Source: Patescibacteria group bacterium
GTDB lineage: Bacteria; Patescibacteriota; Microgenomatia; UBA8517
Reading direction: 5' to 3'
DNA: 64,000 nt
NCBI GenBank assembly: GCA_035260845.1
Contig: DATFUL010000003.1
Location: 11,067-75,066 of the forward strand
The notes under the pieces are model-generated. The model saw only the letters and a list, made by a program, of their open reading frames with translations. It was not told the origin of the DNA and searched no databases. Of the stretch, positions 18,413 through 27,329 are shown piece after piece; the stretch's first letter is position 1, and each line of letters starts with the position of its first letter. The position numbers were made by a program, and so were the translations under genes.

Positions 18413-20614
18413 CTAAAAATTAATTAACTGGACTTCCCTTTCTAATTTTATATTAAACTTTTTATAAACGTCTTCTTTAATTTTTTCTGAAAGTTCCAAT
18501 ACTTCCTTTGCACTAGCATTTCCGCTTTTATTAACCAATATTAGAGCGTGTTTTGAAGATACCGCAGCAGATTTGTAAGATTTTCCTTTCCACCCCGACT
18601 GCTCAACTAACCAAGCTGCCGATATCTTAAATTTATCTTCAAAAGGAAATGTACTAAACCCAGGAAATTTCGATTCTAGTTTTTCTTTTTCAGATAAACT
18701 GATTATTGGATTTTTGAAGAACGAACCCGCATTTCCAATTTCTTTTGGATCCTCCAATTTATCTTTCCTTACCTGTAAAACTGCATCTCTGATTTCTAAA
18801 AGTGTTGGATTCTCTTTTGAAATGTATTTTTTAAGTGAGTCATAAGTTACTTTTCCAAATTTGTTTTTAGAAAGCTGAAGAGTGATGTTGCATATTACAT
18901 ACTTTTGCCAAAAATCCTTTTTCTTAAAAACACTTTCTCTATAGCCAAAATCACAATCTTGATTATTGAAAGTTATAAATTTTTCATTTTGAATATCGTA
19001 GGCTTCTAGGCTAACGAAGGTGTCTTTTAATTCGACTCCATAAGCACCAATATTTTGAATTGGGGCGGCCCCGACTGTTCCAGGAATCCCAGAAAGAGCC
19101 TCAATACCTTGAAGATTTTTATTAACTGCTTCATTAACCAAAGTATCCCAGTTAACACCCGCTTCAGCAGTTACCTCACCCGATTCTCTAAATTCAACAT
19201 TTTTCCCAACATACTTTAAAACAGCTCCATCGAAGTTTTTATCCGAAACTAAAATATCAGTCCCGTCTCCCAATACAAATAGAGGTAGTTTTTCCTTTTT
19301 TATGAGTTTAACTGCACTTTCTAATTCCTCTTTGCCTGTTATCTTGATATATTTTTTAATTTGTCCACCAATTCTAAAAGCAGTTACCTCCGAAAACTTT
19401 ACCGGAATAAGCTCAGAGATTTGCCTTGCCCATAAATAACTTTTACCCGCGCCCATTACAAGAACAACGTCACCCGGTTTTAATTCCTTAGATAAAATAT
19501 TTTTAATTTCTTCAAAAGATTCATACCCAATAGCTTCAGATTTTTCTGAGACTTTGGCAATCAGCGCCGGGGTAATACCAAAGGTTTCAGCGTCGCGTGC
19601 TTTAAAAATAGGTCCAATCAAAACTTTGTCGGCAGCATCAAAAACATTTTTATAGTTGGAAAGCAAAGCTTTGGTTCTAGCAAAACCATGGGCTTCAACA
19701 ATTGCCCAGATTCTATTTTTGGGATATTTTTCTCTTACACCCAGCAGGGTGGTAGCAATTGCAGTTGGATGGTGGGCGTAGTCATCATATATTTTAATAT
19801 CATTATTATCAGAAATTAACTCCATCCTGCGACTAATTCCATTAAATTCCTCTATCGATTTTATAATTTTATCATCGGAAATACTTAATGCTTTACCCAA
19901 AAGAAAAACCATGTTTGCATTTTTTTGATTATGTTTTCCAAAAACTTTTAAATTAAATTCCCTATTCAAACTATCTTTTTCTGTAATCAATATCTTTTGT
20001 CCTGTTAGGTTTTTTATGAATTTATTAAAACTTTCTTGAACCTCTTCTTTGTTTTTAAAAAAATCAGGGTGATCAAATTCAATATTATTAATAATGGCTA
20101 TATCAGGTTTATAGTTTAAAAAGTTATTATTAAATTCATCGGCTTCAACAACTGCATATTCCCCATTTCCAAACCTAGAATTGCTATTCCACTCAGGGAC
20201 TATTGCTCCAAGAACCACAATTGGGTCAAAACCGTTATCGATTAGAAGCTTGGCCGCCATCGCGGTTGTAGTCGACTTTCCATGCGTGCCAGCAATGCAA
20301 ATTAGTTTTTTATCCTTTAATAAAATTTTTCCTAAAAACTCCTGCCACGTGATTAATTTATTTTGTTTTTGTGCTTCGGTTATTTCTGGGTTGTTACTAT
20401 TTTGATAAATGACTGCAGGGCTAACTACTACCAAGTCGGCATCTTTTATATGTGTAGCGCTATGCCCTTTTAGAATATTCTTGCCATAGGCGGTCGAGTC
20501 TTCCAGGTCGCAACCTGAAACCATATATCCCATCCTTTCAGATAGTTGTGAAACTCCAAACAGGCCGCTTCCGCCAATACCAACAAAATGTACTCGTTTA
20601 ATTTTTGTATGCAT
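18413..20614 (-). CDS. murC: MurC-MurB fusion protein
   Basis: The N-terminal part has GIGGSG, AGTHGKSTTT, EADE, DDYAHHPT and MGAG (MurC). From about 19400 downstream it has FRIGG, GIPGTVGAAPIQNIGAYG, FGYRES, GNAGSFFKNP, HALILVN and LEREV (MurB). No stop lies between them. Confidence 0.95.
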   Translation of the reverse strand: MHTKIKRVHFVGIGGSGLFGVSQLSERMGYMVSGCDLEDSTAYGKNILKGHSATHIKDADLVVVSPAVIYQNSNNPEITEAQKQNKLITWQEFLGKILLKDKKLICIAGTHGKSTTTAMAAKLLIDNGFDPIVVLGAIVPEWNSNSRFGNGEYAVVEADEFNNNFLNYKPDIAIINNIEFDHPDFFKNKEEVQESFNKFIKNLTGQKILITEKDSLNREFNLKVFGKHNQKNANMVFLLGKALSISDDKIIKSIEEFNGISRRMELISDNNDIKIYDDYAHHPTAIATTLLGVREKYPKNRIWAIVEAHGFARTKALLSNYKNVFDAADKVLIGPIFKARDAETFGITPALIAKVSEKSEAIGYESFEEIKNILSKELKPGDVVLVMGAGKSYLWARQISELIPVKFSEVTAFRIGGQIKKYIKITGKEELESAVKLIKKEKLPLFVLGDGTDILVSDKNFDGAVLKYVGKNVEFRESGEVTAEAGVNWDTLVNEAVNKNLQGIEALSGIPGTVGAAPIQNIGAYGVELKDTFVSLEAYDIQNEKFITFNNQDCDFGYRESVFKKKDFWQKYVICNITLQLSKNKFGKVTYDSLKKYISKENPTLLEIRDAVLQVRKDKLEDPKEIGNAGSFFKNPIISLSEKEKLESKFPGFSTFPFEDKFKISAAWLVEQSGWKGKSYKSAAVSSKHALILVNKSGNASAKEVLELSEKIKEDVYKKFNIKLEREVQLINF

Positions 20615-22586
20615 TTAATTTAACTTCCATTTTCTGTTTTGCTTTTTCAAGTTCTTCTCTAGTATTGACGCCCTGCCATTCATCAGTATTTGGAAGTTTG
20701 ACGGCATCCACTTTTTTATCTTGATCTATAGCCATTTTAATAAGTTCGACAAGATAATATTCACCGGAAACAGGACTTTTAGAGACATTTTTCAGATTTT
20801 TCTCTAGCCAATTTCGATTAAAAATATATAGTCCATCGTTTACTTCTTTAATTTCCCTTTCCTCATCTGTTGCGTCTTTTTCTTCTATAATACTTACCAG
20901 GTTTCCGTTTTTATCCCTGACTATTCTACCCAAACCACGGGGATCATCCTTAACCAGCGTAATAAATGTCAAAACAGACCCTGATCTTTTATGGCTTTCG
21001 AGTACTTTAGATATTGTTTTTGGCGTATAAAAAGCAGTGTCATCGCCATAAAGAATCATCACATTATTGGATTTTTTTGATAGAATCGACATTCCACTCG
21101 CTGCAGCATCAGCGGTTCCACCTTTCGGATTCTTTTGAATTGCAATTTTGATTGGGCCTAAAATCACCTTTTCTATCTGATTTCTTCTAAAAGATAAAAC
21201 TGTAATAACTTCCCCAACCTTAGCATTTCTCAAATTTTCAATGCTATAAGAAATCATGGGCCTTCCACAAATTTCATGAAGAATTTTTGGAATATTCGAA
21301 TGCATTCTCGAACCCTTTCCTCCAGCTAATATAATTGCAGAAATGCTATCATCTTTTTCCAAATAATTTTTAATTATTTCTTGATCACTCCATGGATGCT
21401 CCCAACCTTTGAATGCCATACTCGTTTCATGCCCCTTACCTAAGATTGCAACGGTATCGCCGTTTTTGGCAATCGATAACGCATACGCAATTGCCTCACC
21501 GCGTTCCGGTATACAAACAAAATTCTTTGCATCCTTTTTCATTAATCTAAAAATATCTGTCAAATTTTCGCTTCTTGGATCCTCAGCTGTAAAGATTGAA
21601 AAGTCAGCCAGTTGCTCTGAAATTTTGCCCATTTTTCGGCGTTTTTTATGATCCCGCTCTCCGGCGCACCCAAAAACTGCAATAAGTTTTCCTTTGGTTT
21701 CTGTACGTAAATGTTTTAAAACTGCCTCTAGAGAATCTGGTGTATGAGCAAAGTCAACAAAAATTTTTAGCCCTCTTGAGTTCTTGATTTCTTCCAGTCT
21801 TCCTTTTGGTAATGTAAAAGAATCAATTGATCTAATTGCTTGAGAATTGGTGACCCCTAGTATTTCAGATACTTTAATAGCAGCTTCAAGGTTCAAGTTA
21901 TTAAATTTACCAGGAAGTATATTTAACTTTGTGTCTTTTGGTGCGACAACTGAGATTTTTGCAGATTTCAAAAAAGACATCTTAACCCTTTTATATTCCT
22001 TAAAAGTCTTGTGATAATCCAAGTGTTCCGGGGCAATGTTGGTTAAAACCCCAATTTCAAATTTAACTCCCGAGACCCTTTTTTGATCAATTCCATGTGA
22101 ACTAACTTCAATTACAGCGTATTTACATCCAGAGTCTACCATCTCACCCAGGAATTTATGAAGCGATACTACATCGGGGCTAGTAATGTGAAAGCCCGTA
22201 TCGATCTCCCGCTCTCCTATCTTGGCTACAATTGACGAAATAAGACCAGTTTTTTTACCTGAGGCATTAAGAATATGATAAATGAGATGTGAGGTTGTAG
22301 TTTTACCTTTAGTTCCCGTTACTCCAATAATTTTAATTTTCTGGCTTGGATTACCGTAAAATTCAGATGCATACTGCCCAAGAGCCTTCCTTGAATCTGG
22401 AACTTGAATATATTCCACTTCAGCAGGTAACTTTAGATCTTTTTCTCCAACAACTATTTTTGCTCCATTCTTTATAGCTTCTTTAATGTAATCATGCCCA
22501 TCAGAAGTGAGACCGGTAACAGCTACAAACATAAAGCCGTTCCTGACAGATCTGGAATCAGAAGTTATACCTTCAAATTTATGCAT
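20598..22586 (-). CDS. murE: MurE fused to a GlmU-type uridylyltransferase domain
   Basis: MurE motifs: DSR, DGHDY, GVTGTKGKTTT, EVSSH, HLDYH, DFAHTPD, FGCAGERD, EDPR, GKGHE. These are followed by ILAGGKGSRM, PKILH, GTADA, LYGD, GRIVR, EEKDA, GEYYL, GVNT. Start placed at ATG 22586, overlapping the murA stop. Confidence 0.93.
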   Translation of the reverse strand: MHKFEGITSDSRSVRNGFMFVAVTGLTSDGHDYIKEAIKNGAKIVVGEKDLKLPAEVEYIQVPDSRKALGQYASEFYGNPSQKIKIIGVTGTKGKTTTSHLIYHILNASGKKTGLISSIVAKIGEREIDTGFHITSPDVVSLHKFLGEMVDSGCKYAVIEVSSHGIDQKRVSGVKFEIGVLTNIAPEHLDYHKTFKEYKRVKMSFLKSAKISVVAPKDTKLNILPGKFNNLNLEAAIKVSEILGVTNSQAIRSIDSFTLPKGRLEEIKNSRGLKIFVDFAHTPDSLEAVLKHLRTETKGKLIAVFGCAGERDHKKRRKMGKISEQLADFSIFTAEDPRSENLTDIFRLMKKDAKNFVCIPERGEAIAYALSIAKNGDTVAILGKGHETSMAFKGWEHPWSDQEIIKNYLEKDDSISAIILAGGKGSRMHSNIPKILHEICGRPMISYSIENLRNAKVGEVITVLSFRRNQIEKVILGPIKIAIQKNPKGGTADAAASGMSILSKKSNNVMILYGDDTAFYTPKTISKVLESHKRSGSVLTFITLVKDDPRGLGRIVRDKNGNLVSIIEEKDATDEEREIKEVNDGLYIFNRNWLEKNLKNVSKSPVSGEYYLVELIKMAIDQDKKVDAVKLPNTDEWQGVNTREELEKAKQKMEVKLNAYKN

Positions 22587-23844
22587 CTTCGTCTGCTCTT
22601 TTAATCTCCGCGCCGAGCGAGACAAAGCGGCTTTGAATATTCTCGTAACCTCGCTCAACCATTTCTATATTTTCTATCTCACTTCTTCCATTGGCAATAA
22701 GCGCCGCAAGAATAACAGAAATACCAGCTCTTATATCTTTACAAAACAATCTATCACTCATAAGTGGGGTTGGGCCGCTTACAACGACTCTGTGTGGGTC
22801 AGCAATAAAGATATTCGCTCCCATAGAAATAAGATCGTCTACAAAAAACATTCTCCATTCATACATCCAATCATGGCAAAGCACTGTTCCTTCGGTTTGT
22901 GTAGCTAAAACTATGAATGGGCTCATTAGGTCGGTTGGAAATCCTGGCCAAGGACGAGTCTGAAACTTGCGCCTGGAAGCTACCAGTTTTGATGGTAATA
23001 CTCTTAGTGAATTCTTACCGACTTCAAATTTAACGCCCATGTTACTTAAATAACTTAATATCATTGAATAATCTTCTGGAACAAAGTCAGTTATTTCGAT
23101 ATTGCCTCCTGTAATTGCTGAGGCTATGGCAAATGTACCACCTTCAATGTGATCTGGTGAAACTTTATATTCAGCTCCACCGAGAGAAGATTTGCCAGAA
23201 ATAGTTATAGTATTAGTGCCACTACCGTTTATTTTTGCTCCAATTTTAGTTAAATAATTGGCTAAATCGCTAACATGGGGTTCTGTAGCTGCATCTTCAA
23301 TAATTGTAGACTCAGGAAGAGATGAGGCCAACATTAACCCCATTTCGGTAGCAGTAACTGAAGTTTCTTCTAAAAAGATTTTGGAAGCTTTTGGCCTTTT
23401 CCACTCCAAAAAGAACCTGCCATCTTTACGGGTTATTTCAACACCCATCTTCTGCATTAGAGAAAAATGAGTGTCCAAGAGTCTTTCTCCAATTTGGTCA
23501 CCTCCGGGTGGGGTAATTATTGCTTTACCAAACTTAACAAGAAGAGGTGCCGCAAGAACAACTGAAGCCCTAAATTTAGAGCATAAATCAGGGTCTGGAT
23601 CGAATGAATTTAAAGTGGAAGGGTCAATACTAAGCACATGGTCTTTGTACTCAACTTTTGCCCCAAGACTGGCAACAAGCTCAACCATAATCGAGACATC
23701 GGAAATATTAGGCACGTTTGTCAAAACTGACGGAGAGTTGCCCAAAAGGGTAGCTGGAATTAGCTTCAAAGCTGAATTCTTATTGCCTGAAAGCTTAACT
23801 GTCCCCTCTAATTTATTTCCTCCTGTAACAATGAATTTGGACAT
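22579..23844 (-). CDS. murA: UDP-GlcNAc 1-carboxyvinyltransferase
   Basis: SGNKNSAL, RAS, PGGDQIGER, PDHIEGGT, WPGFPTDL, DIRAG, ERGYE. Start at ATG 23844 (MSKF). Confidence 0.96.
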   Translation of the reverse strand: MSKFIVTGGNKLEGTVKLSGNKNSALKLIPATLLGNSPSVLTNVPNISDVSIMVELVASLGAKVEYKDHVLSIDPSTLNSFDPDPDLCSKFRASVVLAAPLLVKFGKAIITPPGGDQIGERLLDTHFSLMQKMGVEITRKDGRFFLEWKRPKASKIFLEETSVTATEMGLMLASSLPESTIIEDAATEPHVSDLANYLTKIGAKINGSGTNTITISGKSSLGGAEYKVSPDHIEGGTFAIASAITGGNIEITDFVPEDYSMILSYLSNMGVKFEVGKNSLRVLPSKLVASRRKFQTRPWPGFPTDLMSPFIVLATQTEGTVLCHDWMYEWRMFFVDDLISMGANIFIADPHRVVVSGPTPLMSDRLFCKDIRAGISVILAALIANGRSEIENIEMVERGYENIQSRFVSLGAEIKRADEDA

Positions 23845-23854
23845 ACTAGCGTAT

Positions 23855-23863
23855 ATTGTACCA
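23855..23863 (-). promoter_or_regulatory. Putative extended -10 internal promoter for the murA block
   Basis: TGGTACAAT, 10 nt upstream of the murA ATG. Confidence 0.45.
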
Positions 23864-23899
23864 TTTTTGGTCAAAAAACGGCCAAATTAACCATATAGA

Positions 23900-25609
23900 T
23901 TAAGGGTCTGGCTGAACTCCTAAATATGGAAAAAGGTCGCGGGCAATTGCATACCATAAAGGGGCCGCGGTTTCTGCCGCCCACGGTGAAGTTTGGGGAG
24001 ACTGAAGAGTTACAAGCATTACAAATTTTGGATTTGTGACAGGCGCAAAACCAATAAAAGAATGATTTGTATTGGTTAGATCGTAGTGCCCGGCCACGGG
24101 AATTTGTGCAGTACCAGTTTTTGCAGCAACTGTAAAACCAGGAATCTTCGTCCACTTGGCTTCACCTAAATTTGCAGCATCAGCCATCATTTGAGCAATT
24201 TCCTGAGCTGTATTCTCACTAATTACTCTGGTTGAGGCGGGTGGATCTATTTTTTCGCGCCAATCATCTCCCCTAATCTCGGTAACCACATGGGGACTAG
24301 GTAAGTACCCTCCATTTGCGATAGCAGAAACCGCGCGAACCATTTGAATACCTGTAACGGCAATTCCTTGCCCAAAAGTGGTTGTGTCTAAGTCTACGTT
24401 GCTCCAAGTACCCTTTTTTCTTATTGGAGGGGCGGCCTCTCCTTGTAAATCAATTCCACTTAGAACCCCTATTCCAAATTTGTGTAGATAATCATACAGT
24501 GAGTCTGCGCCCATTTTTTGCCCAACAAAACTCATACCCACGTTGTCTGAATCTACGATAACATCGGTCATTGTTGAGTCTGCCTTGTACTTATTATTCC
24601 AAGTTTTAATTTGATATCCATCCACATTAATAGGCCCACCACAGATATCGCATTTTGTATCCGGCTTTACAACACCAGAATCAATACCAGCAGCCATCAC
24701 CAAAACCTTAAAGATTGAACCTGGTTCGAACGAGTTAGAAATGACAGGATTTCTAAATACGTCATTGCCATAATCTTGATATTTTTGAGGGTCAAAGGCG
24801 GGATATGAAGCCATCCCAAGTATGGCACCGGTATGAGGATCCATTATCGTAACGCCGCCGCTTTTAGCACCATATTTTAGAACCCCAGCTTCAAGATTCT
24901 TTTCAATTGAGAGCTGTATTCTTTTATCTATACTTGTAACTATATCCACTCCATTAATTGCATTCACCTCTTTATTCCCTCCCAAAAGGATTGGGGTACC
25001 CCTAGCGTCTTTTTCCTGACCCATAAAGCCTGGTTTTCCGCTTAAAGGCAGATTGTAATAGCCTTCCAGACCAAAATATCCCAGATTATTACCATCTTCA
25101 TTTTTACCAACAAAACCAAGAAGCTGTGCTGCGGATGATGCTTCAGGATAAAACCTGCCTTCTTGTTCTACAAAACTTAGTCCAGTTATACCCAAAGCTT
25201 CAATGTTTTTCTTAATATCATCTGAGACCTTTTGAGCAAGCAAAACCCAAGAAGTAGATGGTTTTGATAATAAATTAAAAATTCTTTGTGTTTCAGCAGA
25301 GACTGAAGCTATATTTTCCGAGTCTTCCACTAAAAATGGTGCCAATCTTTTAGAAACAGTTAATTTATCTGCCATTTGTTTTGGGTTTGCCGTTATTTGC
25401 CAAACATTATTTCTTATTACCCAAAAACTACCATCTGACGCCAAAATGTTTCCGCGGGGTGCTGAGGTTATTGTTGATGAATCGTATTGGCCATGCGCTT
25501 TTTGGGAGAGAGATGCACCCATTACTACCTGCCAATGAAATAATCTAATAATTAACCCTAAAAAAAGCAAAAAGAAGACGATTAGAAGCGTCCGTATTTT
25601 TACATTCAT
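23900..25609 (-). CDS. ftsI: Class B penicillin-binding protein (FtsI)
   Basis: N-terminal TM helix, PRGNI, RFYP, GLEG; transpeptidase motifs SIFK, SDN and KTGT. Confidence 0.93.
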   Translation of the reverse strand: MNVKIRTLLIVFFLLFLGLIIRLFHWQVVMGASLSQKAHGQYDSSTITSAPRGNILASDGSFWVIRNNVWQITANPKQMADKLTVSKRLAPFLVEDSENIASVSAETQRIFNLLSKPSTSWVLLAQKVSDDIKKNIEALGITGLSFVEQEGRFYPEASSAAQLLGFVGKNEDGNNLGYFGLEGYYNLPLSGKPGFMGQEKDARGTPILLGGNKEVNAINGVDIVTSIDKRIQLSIEKNLEAGVLKYGAKSGGVTIMDPHTGAILGMASYPAFDPQKYQDYGNDVFRNPVISNSFEPGSIFKVLVMAAGIDSGVVKPDTKCDICGGPINVDGYQIKTWNNKYKADSTMTDVIVDSDNVGMSFVGQKMGADSLYDYLHKFGIGVLSGIDLQGEAAPPIRKKGTWSNVDLDTTTFGQGIAVTGIQMVRAVSAIANGGYLPSPHVVTEIRGDDWREKIDPPASTRVISENTAQEIAQMMADAANLGEAKWTKIPGFTVAAKTGTAQIPVAGHYDLTNTNHSFIGFAPVTNPKFVMLVTLQSPQTSPWAAETAAPLWYAIARDLFPYLGVQPDP

Positions 25610-25611
25610 TA

Positions 25612-25929
25612 TTAAGGTAATCTCGCAACAGGAATTCTACCTGAAACATAAACCAAATTACTAACTTTAGTAAATCCCATTTCGATACTTTTTTCCTGAA
25701 GCGAATTAACAGACAAGTTCTCCACCAATTGTGTCTCCAACTCTCTTTGTTGTACTAAAAGAGCCGATTCCTTGTTTTGAATTCCAGCAACTTCCGCTCC
25801 GGTTGAAGCAGATTGAATAGTCATAAATATCGAAAGAACTGCCAATACTCCACAGATACCTGAGAGCAAATAAACTCTCAAGCTTTTTAGATTTATCTTA
25901 CTATCAACTTTAATTTTATTTCTTGTCAT
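25612..25929 (-). CDS. ftsL: FtsL-like cell division protein
   Basis: One TM helix followed by a coiled coil and EMGF; lies between rsmH and ftsI. Confidence 0.7.
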   Translation of the reverse strand: MTRNKIKVDSKINLKSLRVYLLSGICGVLAVLSIFMTIQSASTGAEVAGIQNKESALLVQQRELETQLVENLSVNSLQEKSIEMGFTKVSNLVYVSGRIPVARLP

Positions 25930-25930
25930 A

Positions 25931-26854
25931 TTATGTTCTTTGCAAAATTCTCATTTTAGCGCTTCTTGAGCGCGGGTTAGTGTTAACTTCTAATTCGGTT
26001 GGTGCAACATATTCACCTTTTTTATCAAAAAATTCTTTGACAATATCTTCCTCCCGAGAATGAAAAGTAATCACTACTAAATATCCATTCTTTTCTAAAA
26101 GCTTGTAAGCTTTCGGAAGTGTGTTCCTTAAATTATCAAGCTCACTATTGACTGCAATTCTTAAAGCTAAAAAGGGTAGGGTTGCTTCATTTAATGCAAC
26201 CTTGCCTGTTTTTAAACCCCTACAGATTTCCAAAAAATCGGAAACTGTTTTTATTGGTTTATCTTCTCTAACTGCCAAAATCCTGCTACTTAGCCATCTA
26301 GAAGGACCAGGCTCCATTGTTACTTTAAATAAGTCTACTAATTGGTCTAGCCTTAAAGCATTTAATAAATCAGATGCTTTAACTCCTTGTGACTCGCGAT
26401 TTAACCGCATATCAAGTTCAGTATCGGATGTTCCAAAAGAAAAACCACGGGTACTATCGGTTAAATGCAAATTAGATACCCCTAAATCGAATAATATTCC
26501 TGAAACTTCATTAAACCCATTTTCTTGAGCGATTCTATCGATATCTGTAAAATTTCCGTTAACTAATTTACAATTTCCGCTTTCTATATATGATTTGAGT
26601 CTATTTTCGGCAATCTTCAGCATTTCTGAATCTGCTTCAATTGCCAGAACTTGCCCGTTAGCTTTTAAAATCGCTTCAGTATGTCCGCCAGTTCCAAGTG
26701 TTGCGTCAATATATTTGGCTTGATTTTTAATGTGCAATTCTCTTACTACTTCGTTAACCATTACGCTCTCGTGGTAAGCAGAGCTTGCCACTCTTATACC
26801 ATCGTGGTAAGCAGAGCTTGCCACTCCCATAGCATTGTGGTAGATGTTTGTCAT
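25931..26854 (-). CDS. rsmH: 16S rRNA m4C1402 methyltransferase
   Basis: HESVM, DATLGTGGH, DLGVS, RGFSF, LDMR, ALRIAVNSEL, ITFHSRE, NPRSRSAKMR. Confidence 0.97.
   Translation of the reverse strand: MTNIYHNAMGVASSAYHDGIRVASSAYHESVMVNEVVRELHIKNQAKYIDATLGTGGHTEAILKANGQVLAIEADSEMLKIAENRLKSYIESGNCKLVNGNFTDIDRIAQENGFNEVSGILFDLGVSNLHLTDSTRGFSFGTSDTELDMRLNRESQGVKASDLLNALRLDQLVDLFKVTMEPGPSRWLSSRILAVREDKPIKTVSDFLEICRGLKTGKVALNEATLPFLALRIAVNSELDNLRNTLPKAYKLLEKNGYLVVITFHSREEDIVKEFFDKKGEYVAPTELEVNTNPRSRSAKMRILQRT
26769..26843. repeat. 33-nt-period repeat of a palindromic unit in the 5' end of rsmH
   Basis: tcgtggtaagcagagcttgccactc is identical at 26769-26793 and 26802-26826, with a partial third copy (gtggta) at 26837. 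Each unit contains the inverted repeat GTGGTAAGC-AGA-GCTTGCCAC. It encodes VASSAYH twice. Confidence 0.92.
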
Positions 26855-27282
26855 TTTTTCTTCGCTAATTCGTCTATATATTTAGCTGCATCCTTTACCA
26901 CTTCTTTTTCTTTAATATCCCAAGCTGTTTTGTCCCAAATCTCAATTTTTTCTCCGAGTCCTATAAAATAAACTTCTTCTACTACTTTTGAATAATCAAA
27001 TAGTGGCTGTGGAATTACAATTCTGCCTTGATCGTCCGGAAAGACTTCGTAGGCTGAACCTAATACAAATCTTTCAGTGTCTCTGATTGGCGTAATTATT
27101 AATTCCTGTCCACCAGTTAACCTTTTATAAAGTGCATCCCAACCTTCTTTACCTACTAATACCAAACAACCTTCGTACCATCTTGCCAATATGTAAGTTT
27201 CTCCAAGCTGGGCTCTGAAGGGCGCTGGAACTGCTATACGATGACCGGAGACCACTTTTGTTTGATAAGTTCCTAAAAGCAT
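26851..27282 (-). CDS. mraZ: Transcriptional regulator MraZ
   Basis: RIAVPAPFR, EGCL, DDQGRIVIP, IGLGEKIEIWD; first gene of the dcw cluster. Confidence 0.95.
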   Translation of the reverse strand: MLLGTYQTKVVSGHRIAVPAPFRAQLGETYILARWYEGCLVLVGKEGWDALYKRLTGGQELIITPIRDTERFVLGSAYEVFPDDQGRIVIPQPLFDYSKVVEEVYFIGLGEKIEIWDKTAWDIKEKEVVKDAAKYIDELAKKK

Positions 27283-27329
27283 GTGGATATATGTTTAGCA
27301 TGGGCAGCTATTGGTGTGATGTAGTTATC

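Noticed and set aside
22587-22658. Upstream-extended starts in the ORF track (murE, murA, ftsW, ORFs 32702 and 50560)
   Set aside because: They overlap the preceding gene or promoter; downstream starts fit family N-termini and coupling better.
26769-26843. rsmH repeat as a mini CRISPR array
   Set aside because: There are only two full 25-nt copies with 8-nt spacers, in frame within a housekeeping gene, and no cas genes nearby.
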